From Paraspadella gotoi (taxonomy: Eukaryota > Animalia > Chaetognatha): 64,000 nt of DNA. Positions 27,211-38,284 of this stretch are shown here, piece by piece (the stretch's first letter is position 1; every line of letters begins with the position of its first letter). The notes below the pieces were generated by a model. The model was not told the origin of the DNA and searched no databases. It worked only from the letters and a program-made list of their open reading frames with translations. Location: the NCBI GenBank assembly GCA_051294375.1, contig CM119266.1:21341987-21405986 (forward strand), in the 5' to 3' direction. The translations under genes and the position numbers were made by a program.

Positions 27211-28677
27211 GAGCGAGAGAGAGAGAGAGAGAGAGTGAGAGAGCAGAGAAGAGAGAGAGAGAGAGAGAGAGAAGAAGAGAGAGAGAGAGTNNNNNNNNNN
27301 NNNNNNNNNNNNNNNGAGAGAGAGAGAGAGAGACTAAAATCGGAATTGGAGATTGGCGGAGAATTTAGGTGAATTAATTGCGAGGAACATGTATTCTCTC
27401 GGGTCTCGAAAGATTTTTAAATCTTTTTGACGAAACCAAACCGAGGACGGGTCTACCTAACATGCGAGAAATAACAGTACCGACATTATTGTTATTTTCC
27501 TATTGTTTACGAAGAAGGAAAAATGGAATTAAAAGGGTCGTGATAAATTACTAAAAAGTTAACAAAAGCAAATACAAAGTCAAGTACAATGTCAACACAC
27601 AAAAATGCGAATGCTCGTCCAAAGTTCTCCTGATGTTTTTATTTCATTGATTAATAAATTTAAAAGTTTAAAAAATATTCGACGTATTCGAAAACAAAAG
27701 GAAACACATTTCCGAGCCACAAACAGAGAAGGCAACGGAGAAAAATTTGCGCGGAACATTAAGAGAAAAAAAGAGAGAGAGGAAAAAAAAGGAGTGAAAT
27801 TCGCTTTAACAAACGATAGACAATCACCGCAGGTGATAATGGATCCGGGTATCTCGTTATCGCGTCGCAGGTTCTTCGTCGTCGTCGTCGTCGTCGTCGT
27901 CGTACTCATCACAGTCGCCACCATGGTCGTTGATAATACGATTTGTCTCAATATCTTTTTTTTTCCTGTCATTGTGGTTTCGATTCTCGCGTTGGAAAAG
28001 TCGTCATGGTTGTAACAATTCGCTTCAGTTTTTCGTTTTCCATTACCCTACCTCCCCCCCTTCGCCACTTCGCAATCTACTCCCCTCCCACCCTCCCTGG
28101 CACCCACCGCCGCCATTTTTAGACGCCGCCGCCGCCGTCACTTGAAACGCCACCTCGTGGCTGAAGATCCTTCGAGATTCTCCCCGTAAATAATGGAGAA
28201 AAAGCGAAGAGTGGAAAACCGAGGAAAAAAAAGGCTAATTACTTTCAGAACAGAAATTCGCGGAATTGGGAAATTAACGCTCGTGGAGCGTTGAGTTTTT
28301 CACGCGAGCGGGAAAAAAAATTTAAGCAAAAAAAAAAGGTGAGACGCCGGCAGAGGTCGCGGTGGGGGAATGTAAATTGAATATTTATTGAATATTTTAA
28401 TAGACGAAATATAGTAACGATTTTGTTATGAACAAATTTCCAACTTGTAATTCATAATTTTTGTCGAAGTAGTCGTCATAGGAGTTCTACCGATTGTGAA
28501 CAGTCAGGCACTCCAACTTTTAAAAAAAGATAGGTTCTACCGGGATCTCTGAAAGTGACGAAATATCTGGGCTTCTTTCTGAATTTAGAACAACAGGGGA
28601 ATCATTATTTTCGGAGTAATACATGAGGTTCTCCTGAGGAAGACACCGATGCCACCTGCCGGTCTCAGTAGGATTCC

Positions 28678-28754
<77 letters not shown>

Positions 28755-29410
28755 TCGCTATCTGTACTCGTCTCAATTTCTTTTCTCTCTTTCTCCTCCT
28801 GTGGTTTCTTTTTCTCACTATTTAGTATTTAGTTTTTCCCAAACTAATTTAATACACGATCGTAACAAACATTTGTCGCGAACGAATTTCTTTCCGTTCC
28901 ATCCTTCGTCTTTCGTCGACCGAACATAAAAACGCGTTTTCGATTTCGAGACTCGCGCGCGCGCGCGCCGAGTCGTGGCGGCGGCCATGACAGGTGGCGA
29001 GTTCTATTTTCGCTCGCGCGTCAAGTAATACCGATAAATTCAGATTTAGGTCGCGCGGTGGTTGTAAAAGATTTTGATTGGCTCGCGTTGATGGGATATC
29101 GCGATGGTGGAGAGGGTGTGAAATGGTGTCGGTGGCGGAGGCGATGGAAGTGGATGTCGCTTCGTAAAGTTGTTAACAGAAGTGATGTGTGACATAGGCT
29201 TAAGTTAGCATTTTGGTTTTCTTTTATTTCTGATGTTTTTACTTACTTACGTTTTTTTCATTTTGAATTGAATATGATGGGTATTATATTTACACATCCT
29301 GACAAACTACTATTGAATATGAAATCAAGTAGATTCCCTCGGTAAGAATCAGGAAGAATTCCGACTAAATTTAAAACAAAGAGAAAAACCGAAAAGAAAA
29401 ATTAATTCCT

Positions 29411-29714
29411 GGGCGCTCTTTTCCGATAGTCGCCCATTTCTGTTGGTTTATTCCAGAATTTAATTTAACTTTCATAATTAACCTTAATATGTACCCAATG
29501 TACCTAAGCTAATTATTAACACGAATCCTTAACACTAACCTCATCCTAAACATTTTCCCTAATTTATTTTATTTTATAACCCTATCCAATAACCCAAAAC
29601 TCTAATCCCTAACCCTAATTGCTAACCAAATCCCTAACTTAATCTTTAACCTTAACCTCAAACCTAATCTTCAACTTAAATTCGGAATTAGGGCGTTCTC
29701 GGAAAACAAGGCCA
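29411..29714 (-). repeat. Dispersed repeat with a CCCTAA-like core and short inverted ends (same family as 15728-16016)
   Basis: Core ccctaaccctaa...ccttaacctcaaacctaat; left hairpin GGGCG..CGCCC; inverted TTTTCCGA / TCGGAAAA near the two ends. Confidence 0.5.
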
Positions 29715-30134
29715 AATTCCTGCTTCTAGACTCGGATACCGAGCCTCTAACTCTCGGCCGTTTTCACCTCCCTTACTCTCGAGGTTTTCCTCCTTTATTC
29801 CCATTCTTTTCTTTTTTCTTAATTTTCCTTTTGTCTACTTTTTTCTTTCTTGCCCCTCTCTTCCCCACCCCTCCCCCCTCCCACCCTCCTCCCCTTTCGT
29901 TCTCACGACCGTCCATCCATCTGGCATAATAACATCGGACGGCGAATGGAATTTCGACGCCGGATTTTTTCTGGGGTCCGCGACCTCGGCGCGCCGGGGC
30001 GCTCTGGGGCCCGGCGTCGTCCGGCGCCGCCTCGGTTCGCCAATCGGCGCTCCATGCATTTAGATGGCAGGATTATTTTTTTGGCGCGAAGAGACGGGGG
30101 GATCGGAATACAGAACCTGGACGAGAGAGAGGAA

Positions 30135-30171
<37 letters not shown>

Positions 30172-30486
30172 CGGGGGTAGAGCGGAATCTTCTATGGGAT
30201 TTTTATCGTCGCTTTCTCTCGCTGTGTGCGAAAGAGAAAGAGAAAGACTCGTGGTAATATTATTGAAAAGTTTCCAGATTCGGTATTTACTCCTTTGCGT
30301 ATAACTAACAAAGGCTAAAAATCATACCTGTGTCTAAGGTTTTGTGCTAATTATAGCCCTTTGTCATTACTAAATATTTTTTAATCTTACTTTTACGGAT
30401 TCTAAGAAGACTCTTCAAATATAAACCTCACCTTTCCGTTTGTCCTCCTCGTCTCTCCATTCAACTTACCTCCAAATCTCCATCTC

Positions 30487-30517
<31 letters not shown>

Positions 30518-31445
30518 TTCTTTCTATATATCTCTCTCTCTCTCTGCCCCTTCCATTCATCCCTACCACTCTCTCCCAAACTCCTCTCCCCCCACATATT
30601 CGTCTTTTCCCATATCATGGCCGGCGACGCCGAAAGGGAAAAGGAAAAAAAAAAGGAAAAGGAATATATGAAGGAAGAGAGAGAAACGTTTTTCCCGGTT
30701 ATGATTGGCAGCCATAACCAGGACGCCGCTCCGGCCGGCGGACCGGAGGAGGAAGGAGGAGTGAGGGCGCCATCGTCCGCCGGCCGAATTTCTGCTTAAT
30801 GGATTATGAATAAACGTAAGACAATGGCAAAAGAACGTCATAAACCCAGCGAACGTCGTCATGGAAACGTTGGCCGGAGAGAGAGTGGCAGAGCATCAGA
30901 GAGAGAGACGAGATAGAGAGAGAGGAGAGGAGGAAGTGGAGAAGAGAGACAGAGGAGTGAGAGAGACCAGAAGTGGCGAGATGGCGGGGGCGAAGGAAAC
31001 GAACTCGGTTATTGAAATATGAAAGTCGCAAAGGAGAGGAGAGGAGGAGGAGGAGGAGGAGGAAGAGGTTGAATATTCGGTATTGCGGTTACATGGCGTG
31101 AAATGGTTTGACGGAGGAAAGGGCGAGATGAGATATAGTGAATATCTTCAAGTTCTTGTGTAGTTATATAACTTATAACAGGTAAAATTAAGAAATTAGA
31201 GAGGAGGTAATGAGGTTGTGTCAATTTTTTCGTCGGTTTGTTAACTTCCGATTATCATTTTATTTATCATTATCATTATCATTATCATGAATTCTAATTT
31301 AAAAATATCACGGGAATATTTTTAATTCTTCACTCTTTTTTTAATAGAAAATCTTTTAAGTTTTTCTTCTCGAAATCCAATCCGGTCATTTCGGTCATCC
31401 TTTTTTCCTGAGAGAGAGAGAAGAGAGAGAGAGAGGAGAGAGAGA

Positions 31446-31493
<48 letters not shown>

Positions 31494-32309
31494 TTATTTC
31501 CTCCGAGGTGTGATTTGAGCTGAGAAGGGAAGAAAGAAATTAGAGAAGAAGAAAGGAAAGAAAGAATAAGAATTTGTATGGATGACACGTCGTCGATATG
31601 CGAGCGCCGCGGAGTGCCAGCGACTGGAGGGCGAGAGAAAGAGCTCAAAAAGAGAGAGAGAGAGAGCGAGAGAGAGAGAGAGAGAGAGAGGGTGTGGGAA
31701 GAGAGAGATAGTAAAGTAAAATATAGTGGTTATTTTGTTATAATTCCCAATTATTTTTCATTTTTCTAGATTTTAGTCGCATTTGATTTGAATTTGTGGA
31801 AAAAAATACTGTTATTGCCTTTGCGTTAATTAAAAATTAAATGAGAAAGGTAGTACAATTACTTGTTGTTGTTTATAAATTGTTATTTGTATTCATTTTC
31901 ATTCAACAATATACTTATGCAATATATATATTCAACAATATACTTATACTTACAAAGACTTTTGTTTCTAAGTTCGCTACGCAAAAACACTAGATGACCG
32001 TTTTTGCAAGAGAACTGAAAACAAAAGACACTTGATATCTCTTTTCACACCAAAATTAGGGTCATTTACACAAAAACGTTTTGGAAAATTTCTAAATAAA
32101 AGTAATCGAGGGTCACAAAAATTAATTTTCACGAATAAAAAAAAACAAGATAAAGTCCCGACTGAAAATTCCGTCCGCTACAATTAAATAAATAGAAAGA
32201 AATTGCCTTCATAGAATTCTTATACGTATCTTTACCCAAAGAAACAATTTACGTAGGACTTTTCGTGACCTGACTTCTTTCCGTAGTGAGTTCGGAATAG
32301 TAATCACAT

Positions 32310-34435
32310 TCAATGTTTAGTTTTCTTCAAATTATTGAGATACTTGATCCACTGCCATTTCATAACGTTAGTCTTAGCGCCACCCTTCACTTCGTATTTA
32401 TAACTGGGCGGAACGTCGAAAATGTTGCCCCTCGCGAGATTTCGTCCCGCGAAAAGTCGATTCAATTCTCTTCGCGACAAAACTCGATCCCACATTTGAA
32501 AATCGCAGACGCGTCCGACGAAGCGCTCCCTCTCGTCTCCCGTCGACCCGAGCGAGTTACGAACTCCGCCCATCGTGAAAACTCCGCCGCTTCCGATGAC
32601 GCTCGAGGCGAGCGTCACGTTTCGAACCGGTTTTCCGTCGACGTAGACCCAATGCGTCCCCGTCACTCCGTTCCACGTCAACGTCAGTCTAGTCAGGGTC
32701 TTCGTTTTTGTCGGCAAATCAATTTCGTTCGACGAGGAATTCCCAGTGGAAATTCGCGCGCCTTTTTTGGGTCCGACTCGAAAGGCATCGGCGGGGGCGT
32801 TGGACGAGTAAGAGAGGATCCAGGGATCGCCGTGATCCGCTCGGAGCGCGTAGAGCATGTCGACGGTGAAGGCGAAGAGCGGCGACGATCGTAACGGGGA
32901 AATGAGAACTTTTGCCGCCGGTTTCGATTTCGGGAATTTGAAACAAAATCTGTGGGGCCCTATTTGAGAATGGATAGAGATCTTAGATAACTTGTAATTT
33001 CGTAAAGATCTTTTAAAAAGGCATTTTTGTAGTTAAGTAATATGACTGTTTCAGTTATCCTTACAGTAATAGTTCAATGGGCAAACCCAATAGTTCAATG
33101 GGCAAACCCAATAGTTCAATGGGCAAACCCAATAGTCCTGGGTTCTTGCGCTTGTGAAAAGAGACCTTGCATAAAGAATGACGGGCCGTTTAAGTCCTTT
33201 AACCTTTAACCTTTAACCTTTCTCGTTCGAAATTTGAAGGCAACGGACCGCGAAATCTCCTGCCACACTAGACCCATTCGGCACGCTTCTTGAGTGGGCT
33301 ACCCACACGTTTCTCTCGGTCATCTCATAATAAGGTTTTTTTCTTATTTTAGAAGTAATAATAACTATCCCACTAATCTATTGATTTGGTCTTTTGTTTA
33401 TTCCGTCGCAAACTAACCCTTGTCCTTTCTGCAACTTTTCTGCAAGGATTCCTTCACAATCTCGCGGACGCCGTCAAGATTTCCCACGAAGACGTTCTTC
33501 TTTCCCGCGATGGCATTCAACCCGCGCCGGTCAACGTTGGCGCCGACGCCGATGACGAAAAAATCTGCGCCGATTTCCTTCCACTTGTGTCGCGCCTTCT
33601 TGAGTCCTCTTCGATTCACCAATTTCCCGTCGGTAAACAAAAGGCCAAGCTGAAAAAAATATTTTGATTTCCACTAGTGAGTACCTTAGGTGGGTAAGCT
33701 CATTGTATTGATGTTCGATTTTATCGTAACGCAACGAAAATAAATAATTTTATCGTTATAAAAAGTACCTTCGCTGTGTTGCCTTCTTTTCTCGCTTGCA
33801 GGTTATAGAGGCTGTAAGTGTTCATCAACGCTTCGGCAGTCATTTTCTTTCCAGGGTTATACGTCGTCTGTTTGATGCGAGACTGCATTGGTTGCAATTG
33901 ACTAAATCTTCGATGAAATAAGTATGACCATTAATTGAGCAATGACCACGAATAAATCGTTAATTGTCAATTCAAGTTATAATTACTCTGTCAAAGAAAA
34001 CGCTTCCACGATAATTTCTCCAAATAAAGAGGAATACTTGAAGAAACCGACTCTCGCTCGCTGAGGCCGAACGTCCAAGCCGACCAAGACTTTGTCGGCG
34101 ATTCCCTGTTTATGAAACGCTAATGCAATAAATCCACAAACGGTGCCAAACTTAGTAATCCCGTGATCACGTTTTCTCCGTTCTCACCGCCATGAGATCG
34201 TCGAAGGCCGCCTTTCCGATTCCTTCCATCGGATCCACGATGATTTGAAGATCGATTAGCTGAGGTCCGCGACATGGCCTCGTGCTCGAAACTGTCCAAT
34301 TTTTTTAATTAAAAACGCCAATCATTTAACACTATTATATACATATATTTTATTTTTTTTCATCATTTCTTTTTCCTTACTCGATTTAATAAAAAGTGTC
34401 ATCGACAGAATCCACGATAAAAACTTCGTCGTCAT
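32310..34435 (-). CDS. Secreted vWA-domain + pentraxin/LamG-domain protein; complement(join(32310..32959,33418..33649,33769..33901,33987..34105,34188..34291,34381..34435)), ~430 aa
   Basis: Hydrophobic N-terminus MTTKFLSWILSMTLFI. vWA motifs IDLQIIVD, RARVGFFKYS, LLFTDG, FFVIGVG, LNAIA. Pentraxin motifs FP..L.AFTV, ILSYS, LTWNGVTG...YVDG, IGSGGVFTMG, FVGRVCDFQMWDRVLS. All six exons join in phase at GT-AG sites. Confidence 0.88.
33068..33136. repeat. 21-bp tandem repeat x3 (AATAGTTCAATGGGCAAACCC) in an intron
   Basis: Three perfect copies are directly visible. Confidence 0.95.
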
Positions 34436-34844
34436 TTTTAAAGTCGCAAGAAAATCTCAATTTACGGAAGTAAAAAAATCTTTGTTGTCCGAAATCTTCT
34501 TCTTCGTCAAAAAGAAAATCTTACTTTTTAAACTACTAAGTGTTTAACTAGATGTAAAGAACGTAGTTTTAAAACGATTTCAAATCTCCTCAATCCAGAA
34601 AGAGAGGCCAAAGGAAAGACTTGACTCAATAGGCGATAAAAGTAAATTCACAGTCGCCGCCCAAAAACCGGATTCTCTTTGTTTTCTCTCGAGCTTTGAG
34701 GTGCAGCAATTAATGTGGTAAGATCGAAATAAATTTTAATAAATCTCCTACTAACGCTGCGAGACGTCTTGGTAAATCGGCTTTTAGCGAAACTATATCA
34801 ACTTACTACTATCAACTTACGACTTACAACTAACTAAAAAAACG

Positions 34845-34955
34845 TTTTATGAAATTGGTATAACCAATATAAAAATTATCCATTCATTTAATAAATAAGC
34901 TATCTTGCCAATGACTTTGGACAGGCTTTGGTGGTTTAAGGCCTCCATCACTCTT
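34845..34955 (+). repeat. ~110-bp interspersed repeat; inverted copy at ~61466-61578, degenerate copy at ~222-296
   Basis: aaccaatataaaaattatccattcatttaataaataagctatcttgcc...gactttggacaggctttggtggtttaaggcctccatcactctta matches the reverse complement at 61466-61578. ggtttaaggcctccat also occurs at 280-295. Confidence 0.8.
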
Positions 34956-35266
34956 ACACTCACTCTTGTTATTCTAAAATAATATTGTAGCCACGTGTGT
35001 TTGATTACCACTTTAATAAATAATAATAAAAAACTGTATTATATATTTACGGCACGAAGAAAAGAGAGAAAAAAATGTCAGTCATTAAACACTCGAACAA
35101 CCGCACTGTTACGAAGTTTGTTCTTTCATGATCTCAAGGTGAACGATATCTTTTTCAAATCAATTTTTTTTTTTAAATCTGTTTCAGTGGAACCGATGGT
35201 ACAAATCTGGTTCTCCTTCCATTTTCGTCGACCAACGCTTCGGTGTTGTTCGTCTGTTTCCCCGCA

Positions 35267-36141
35267 TCAGTCGATGCAAGGCAGACAGATGTCCCTGGAC
35301 TTCTGCCGGAATCTTTTTTGCGTCGTGCAGCAAAGACCCTTGCCGCATTCGTCAGACTTTTCCATGCTACACATTACGCCTAAATCATTAATTATATTTT
35401 CATTTCAACCAACTTCTTAAACTTAGCCAATTAAAAATAACTTTCGATTGGTTTAATAAGTACGATCAGGTGAAACTGACCCATCGCCTTCGCCGCGCTG
35501 CTGGCCGAACCGTGGTGAGCAACGCAAACGCCTGACGAAGAAGAATTAATTTCATAAAATCTAAAAATATTTATAAATATATCAGTCCGAACGTTATAGA
35601 ATCGCCAAGCTTTTCGCCCCTTTAGTAACTTTTTATTTCCACTCATGCCTCCAATGCACATTTGCTGCACCTGTGGAGACGCAGACGTCGGTGCCGCAAC
35701 ATTCGTCATCGTCGTCGCATCTTCGTCCTTCGCAAGGCGGAGAGTCGCCCATCATCATCTCCATCAAGTTCGTCTTAAAATAAAAACTTGAATTAAATTT
35801 CTTTTATGAAGATTTTGATATTATACTTAATGTAAAAACTCGTATGGACATTGGACATTTTTTGATTGCGTCCGTCCCATTTTCCCGCAATCTTGACTCG
35901 GTGACCAAGTTTTGGTTCATTCAATTATTGGGAAAATCTTTTCGGTTCCCCAACTCGCTCTATTGAAATGTCTCATTCGATTATGATCATGAGTTGACCG
36001 TTCAAAGGGCAGAGGAGAAATAAATCAAGTTTGACAAGGCAGCGAATAAGATTCTTTTCGCTCCCTTTGTCAGTCTGGAAGTGTGGGCGTTTGTTATTTA
36101 TTAATCTCTTACAATGATTTAATTTTAAAATATGTTATTCC

Positions 36142-36211
<70 letters not shown>

Positions 36212-36219
36212 ACTCACTT

Positions 36220-36281
<62 letters not shown>

Positions 36282-37593
36282 CTTTTTTCATCCTCCGTCA
36301 GTTTGTTGTTCAACTTCGCGGCCATCTGTCAAAAATCTGTAAGAAGTATGGAATACCTGTTTCTGACAATAGCATTGAATTAAGCGGGTATGATGGACTA
36401 AAATACACCAACCGTTCATCAGCGCCATTGGTGCCGCAGGACAAGTCATTCGCCTCCCAGCCCAAAGGTCCGGGGTTCTAGCCCGGTGGTCGCCTTGCAG
36501 TTAAGAGGGACGAGGCGCTTAACGCGCCTGTAACACGGTGTTACAGCCTGATCTAAAAGCTTAGGGACTGCTTATATTGAACGGTTTTGTCACTAACATA
36601 TAACAATTATTACTGTCTCTTCATTGGTAGGCCCGACTTCCAAACACAACAGCAACAACAACACTTTCAGGCGATATGCCTCAACCTGGCGATGCACTTT
36701 CCGCTCACAACACATCAGGCAACATGCCTCAACTTGGTGACGCACTTTCCACCAACAACAACAATTCACTGAAGAGACGCACGACTTCTCCCTACGGGAG
36801 GGGGATGTATGGTGGACTAAAATCCACCAACCGTTCATCAGCGGCCATTGGTGCCGGAGGCAAGTCATCACTTCCCCACCCAAAGGTCCGGGATTCTAGC
36901 CCGTGGTCGCCTAGCAGTTAAGAGGGACGGGGCGCTTAACCCGCCTAACACGGTGTTACAGCCTGATCCGAAGCTCAGGGACTGCTTATATGAACGGTTC
37001 TGTCACTAACATATAACAATTATCACTGTCTCTTCACGGGTATTTTTTTTATGTTTTCATTTAACATACATCATATTTAATTAACATCTTAATTCAATGA
37101 AATTATAGAATGTCATAATTTCAATCGTATTTATAAGTTTTTTCCATCAATTAAGATAATTTAAGAGATTAAAAAATTTACAAGTTAAGTTTGTAAATTC
37201 ACAATAAAGCCCTTGTTTCATATGTCTTAATAAGACATAATGAAACAAGGGCTTTATTGTGAATATACAAACTTAACTTGTAAATTTTTACTCTTTACTA
37301 ATAAGTATTAACGAAGTGAAAATATGAGAAGTGTTTTAAAATAAGTTTGCGTTAATCCAAAAAATTGCACTATCCTTTTCCTTCGTTGATAGAGAAGCAT
37401 AGCACTTTGGTAGTTATTAGATAAATAAATAATCCTTATATTGCTTATTTTATTACGATCTTACCCGGAATCTTGGATTGAGATTTCGATAAGACGCCGG
37501 TCGCCTCTTTTCCACGGCGACGTCTCCATCGACGACGACGACGACGATGAGAAAAACGGCGACGATTTGAAACAAAGTCCAGGAACCTTTCAT
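35267..37593 (-). CDS. Small secreted Cys-rich peptide precursor, ITG-like/prohormone-3-like (Dickkopf/colipase-type Cys array); complement(join(35267..35379,35481..35531,35671..35773,37465..37593)), ~131 aa
   Basis: MKGSWTLFQIVAVFLIVVVVVDG-DVAVEKRRPASYRNLNPRFR/TNLMEMMMGDSPPCEGRRCDDDDECCGTDVCVSTG/VCVAHHGSASSAAKAMG/VMCSMEKSDECGKGLCCTTQKRFRQKSRDICLPCID*. It has a signal peptide, a KRR site and 12 Cys. Exon phases are compatible, but the exon-2 donor (GTGCAG) is weak. Confidence 0.75.
36386..36623 (+). mobile_element. Structured tRNA-headed repeat, copy A (5'-truncated, more degenerate)
   Basis: tRNA-Gly(CCC)-like segment 36422-36493 (TCATTCGCCTCCCA, B-box-like GGTTCTAGCCC), followed by a multi-hairpin module at 36497-36571. 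Homologous to 36805-37036. Confidence 0.6.
36660..36762. repeat. 48-bp unit x2 between the two structured repeat copies
   Basis: atgcctcaac(c/t)tgg(c/t)ga(t/c)gcactttcc at 36676 and 36724. Confidence 0.8.
36770..37036 (+). mobile_element. Structured tRNA-headed repeat, copy B (complete); SINE- or retrozyme-like, with a candidate twister-like module at 36914-36985
   Basis: Terminal inverted TGAAGAGAC/GTCTCTTCA; inner inverted AACCGTTCAT/ATGAACGGTT; acceptor-like stem GCGGCCA/TGGTCGC; module closed by GCAGTT/GACTGC. Confidence 0.6.
37172..37289. repeat. ~118-bp near-perfect AT-rich palindrome (MITE/foldback-like); duplicate at 47151-47270
   Basis: aaaaatttacaagttaagtttgta..cacaataaagcccttgtttcat-atgtctta|a|taagacat-aatgaaacaagggctttattgtg..tacaaacttaacttgtaaattttt. 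Confidence 0.9.
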
Positions 37594-38284
37594 TTTGTAA
37601 TTTCTTAACTTGCGATTATATTGTGTCGTTAATTAGTTAGTTTTTGTTAGTGCCTCGAAAGAGACTGTTAAAAAGAAGGGGAAAATGTACGTACTTTTAA
37701 AACTGTTTCGACAGTTTTTATATTTGTGCTATTAGCGAAATGGAGTTATATAAAGATTAAAAGTAGGAAAAAAAAGTGGCGAGGATTTAAAAATATTAGT
37801 TTATGTACCAATAAAACCCATATTAATCATAAATGCTAGAAATTAATTCATTCTTGCATTGCGCAAAAAAAATGGAATCCCAAATGACAACTCCGGAGTT
37901 TTCGCAGTAATGTCATAACCAAAACAAAAAAACCTCGTTGCGTCGGGCGTCTCGAAGAAAGTTTCTATGGTGCATTGAAATGAAACGCGTGGGAGGAAAG
38001 GAGGAGGAGGAAGAGGAGGAGGAGGAGTTGGAATGCGGAAGCGAGGACGATACGGAATAATATTCAGTACTGTAATTCATACTAATAATTTATACGATAT
38101 GACGAATTGCTTATCTAAGTACGTAGAAAAAATGAATGAAATTATCTTTTTATTTACCCTGTTAGTGTTATAGACGTATAAAAAGTGAGTAATAGTGACT
38201 GGGATATTACTTTCCAAACCAATATTACTTTCCAACGCCACCGCTTCCACTCCTCGTCAACCCCAGCGTTCCTCGGCCTCGTTG

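Noticed and set aside
27592-28015. Poly-Val / poly-Thr ORFs suggesting a membrane peptide
   Set aside because: Driven by a (GTC)n microsatellite; no supporting exon structure found.
36422-36493. Functional tRNA-Gly gene
   Set aside because: D and anticodon stems pair poorly, the copies diverge from each other, and there is no poly-T terminator; treated as a tRNA-derived head.
36769-36810. Hammerhead ribozyme at CTGAAGA
   Set aside because: No stem II followed by GAAA and no matching NUH site.
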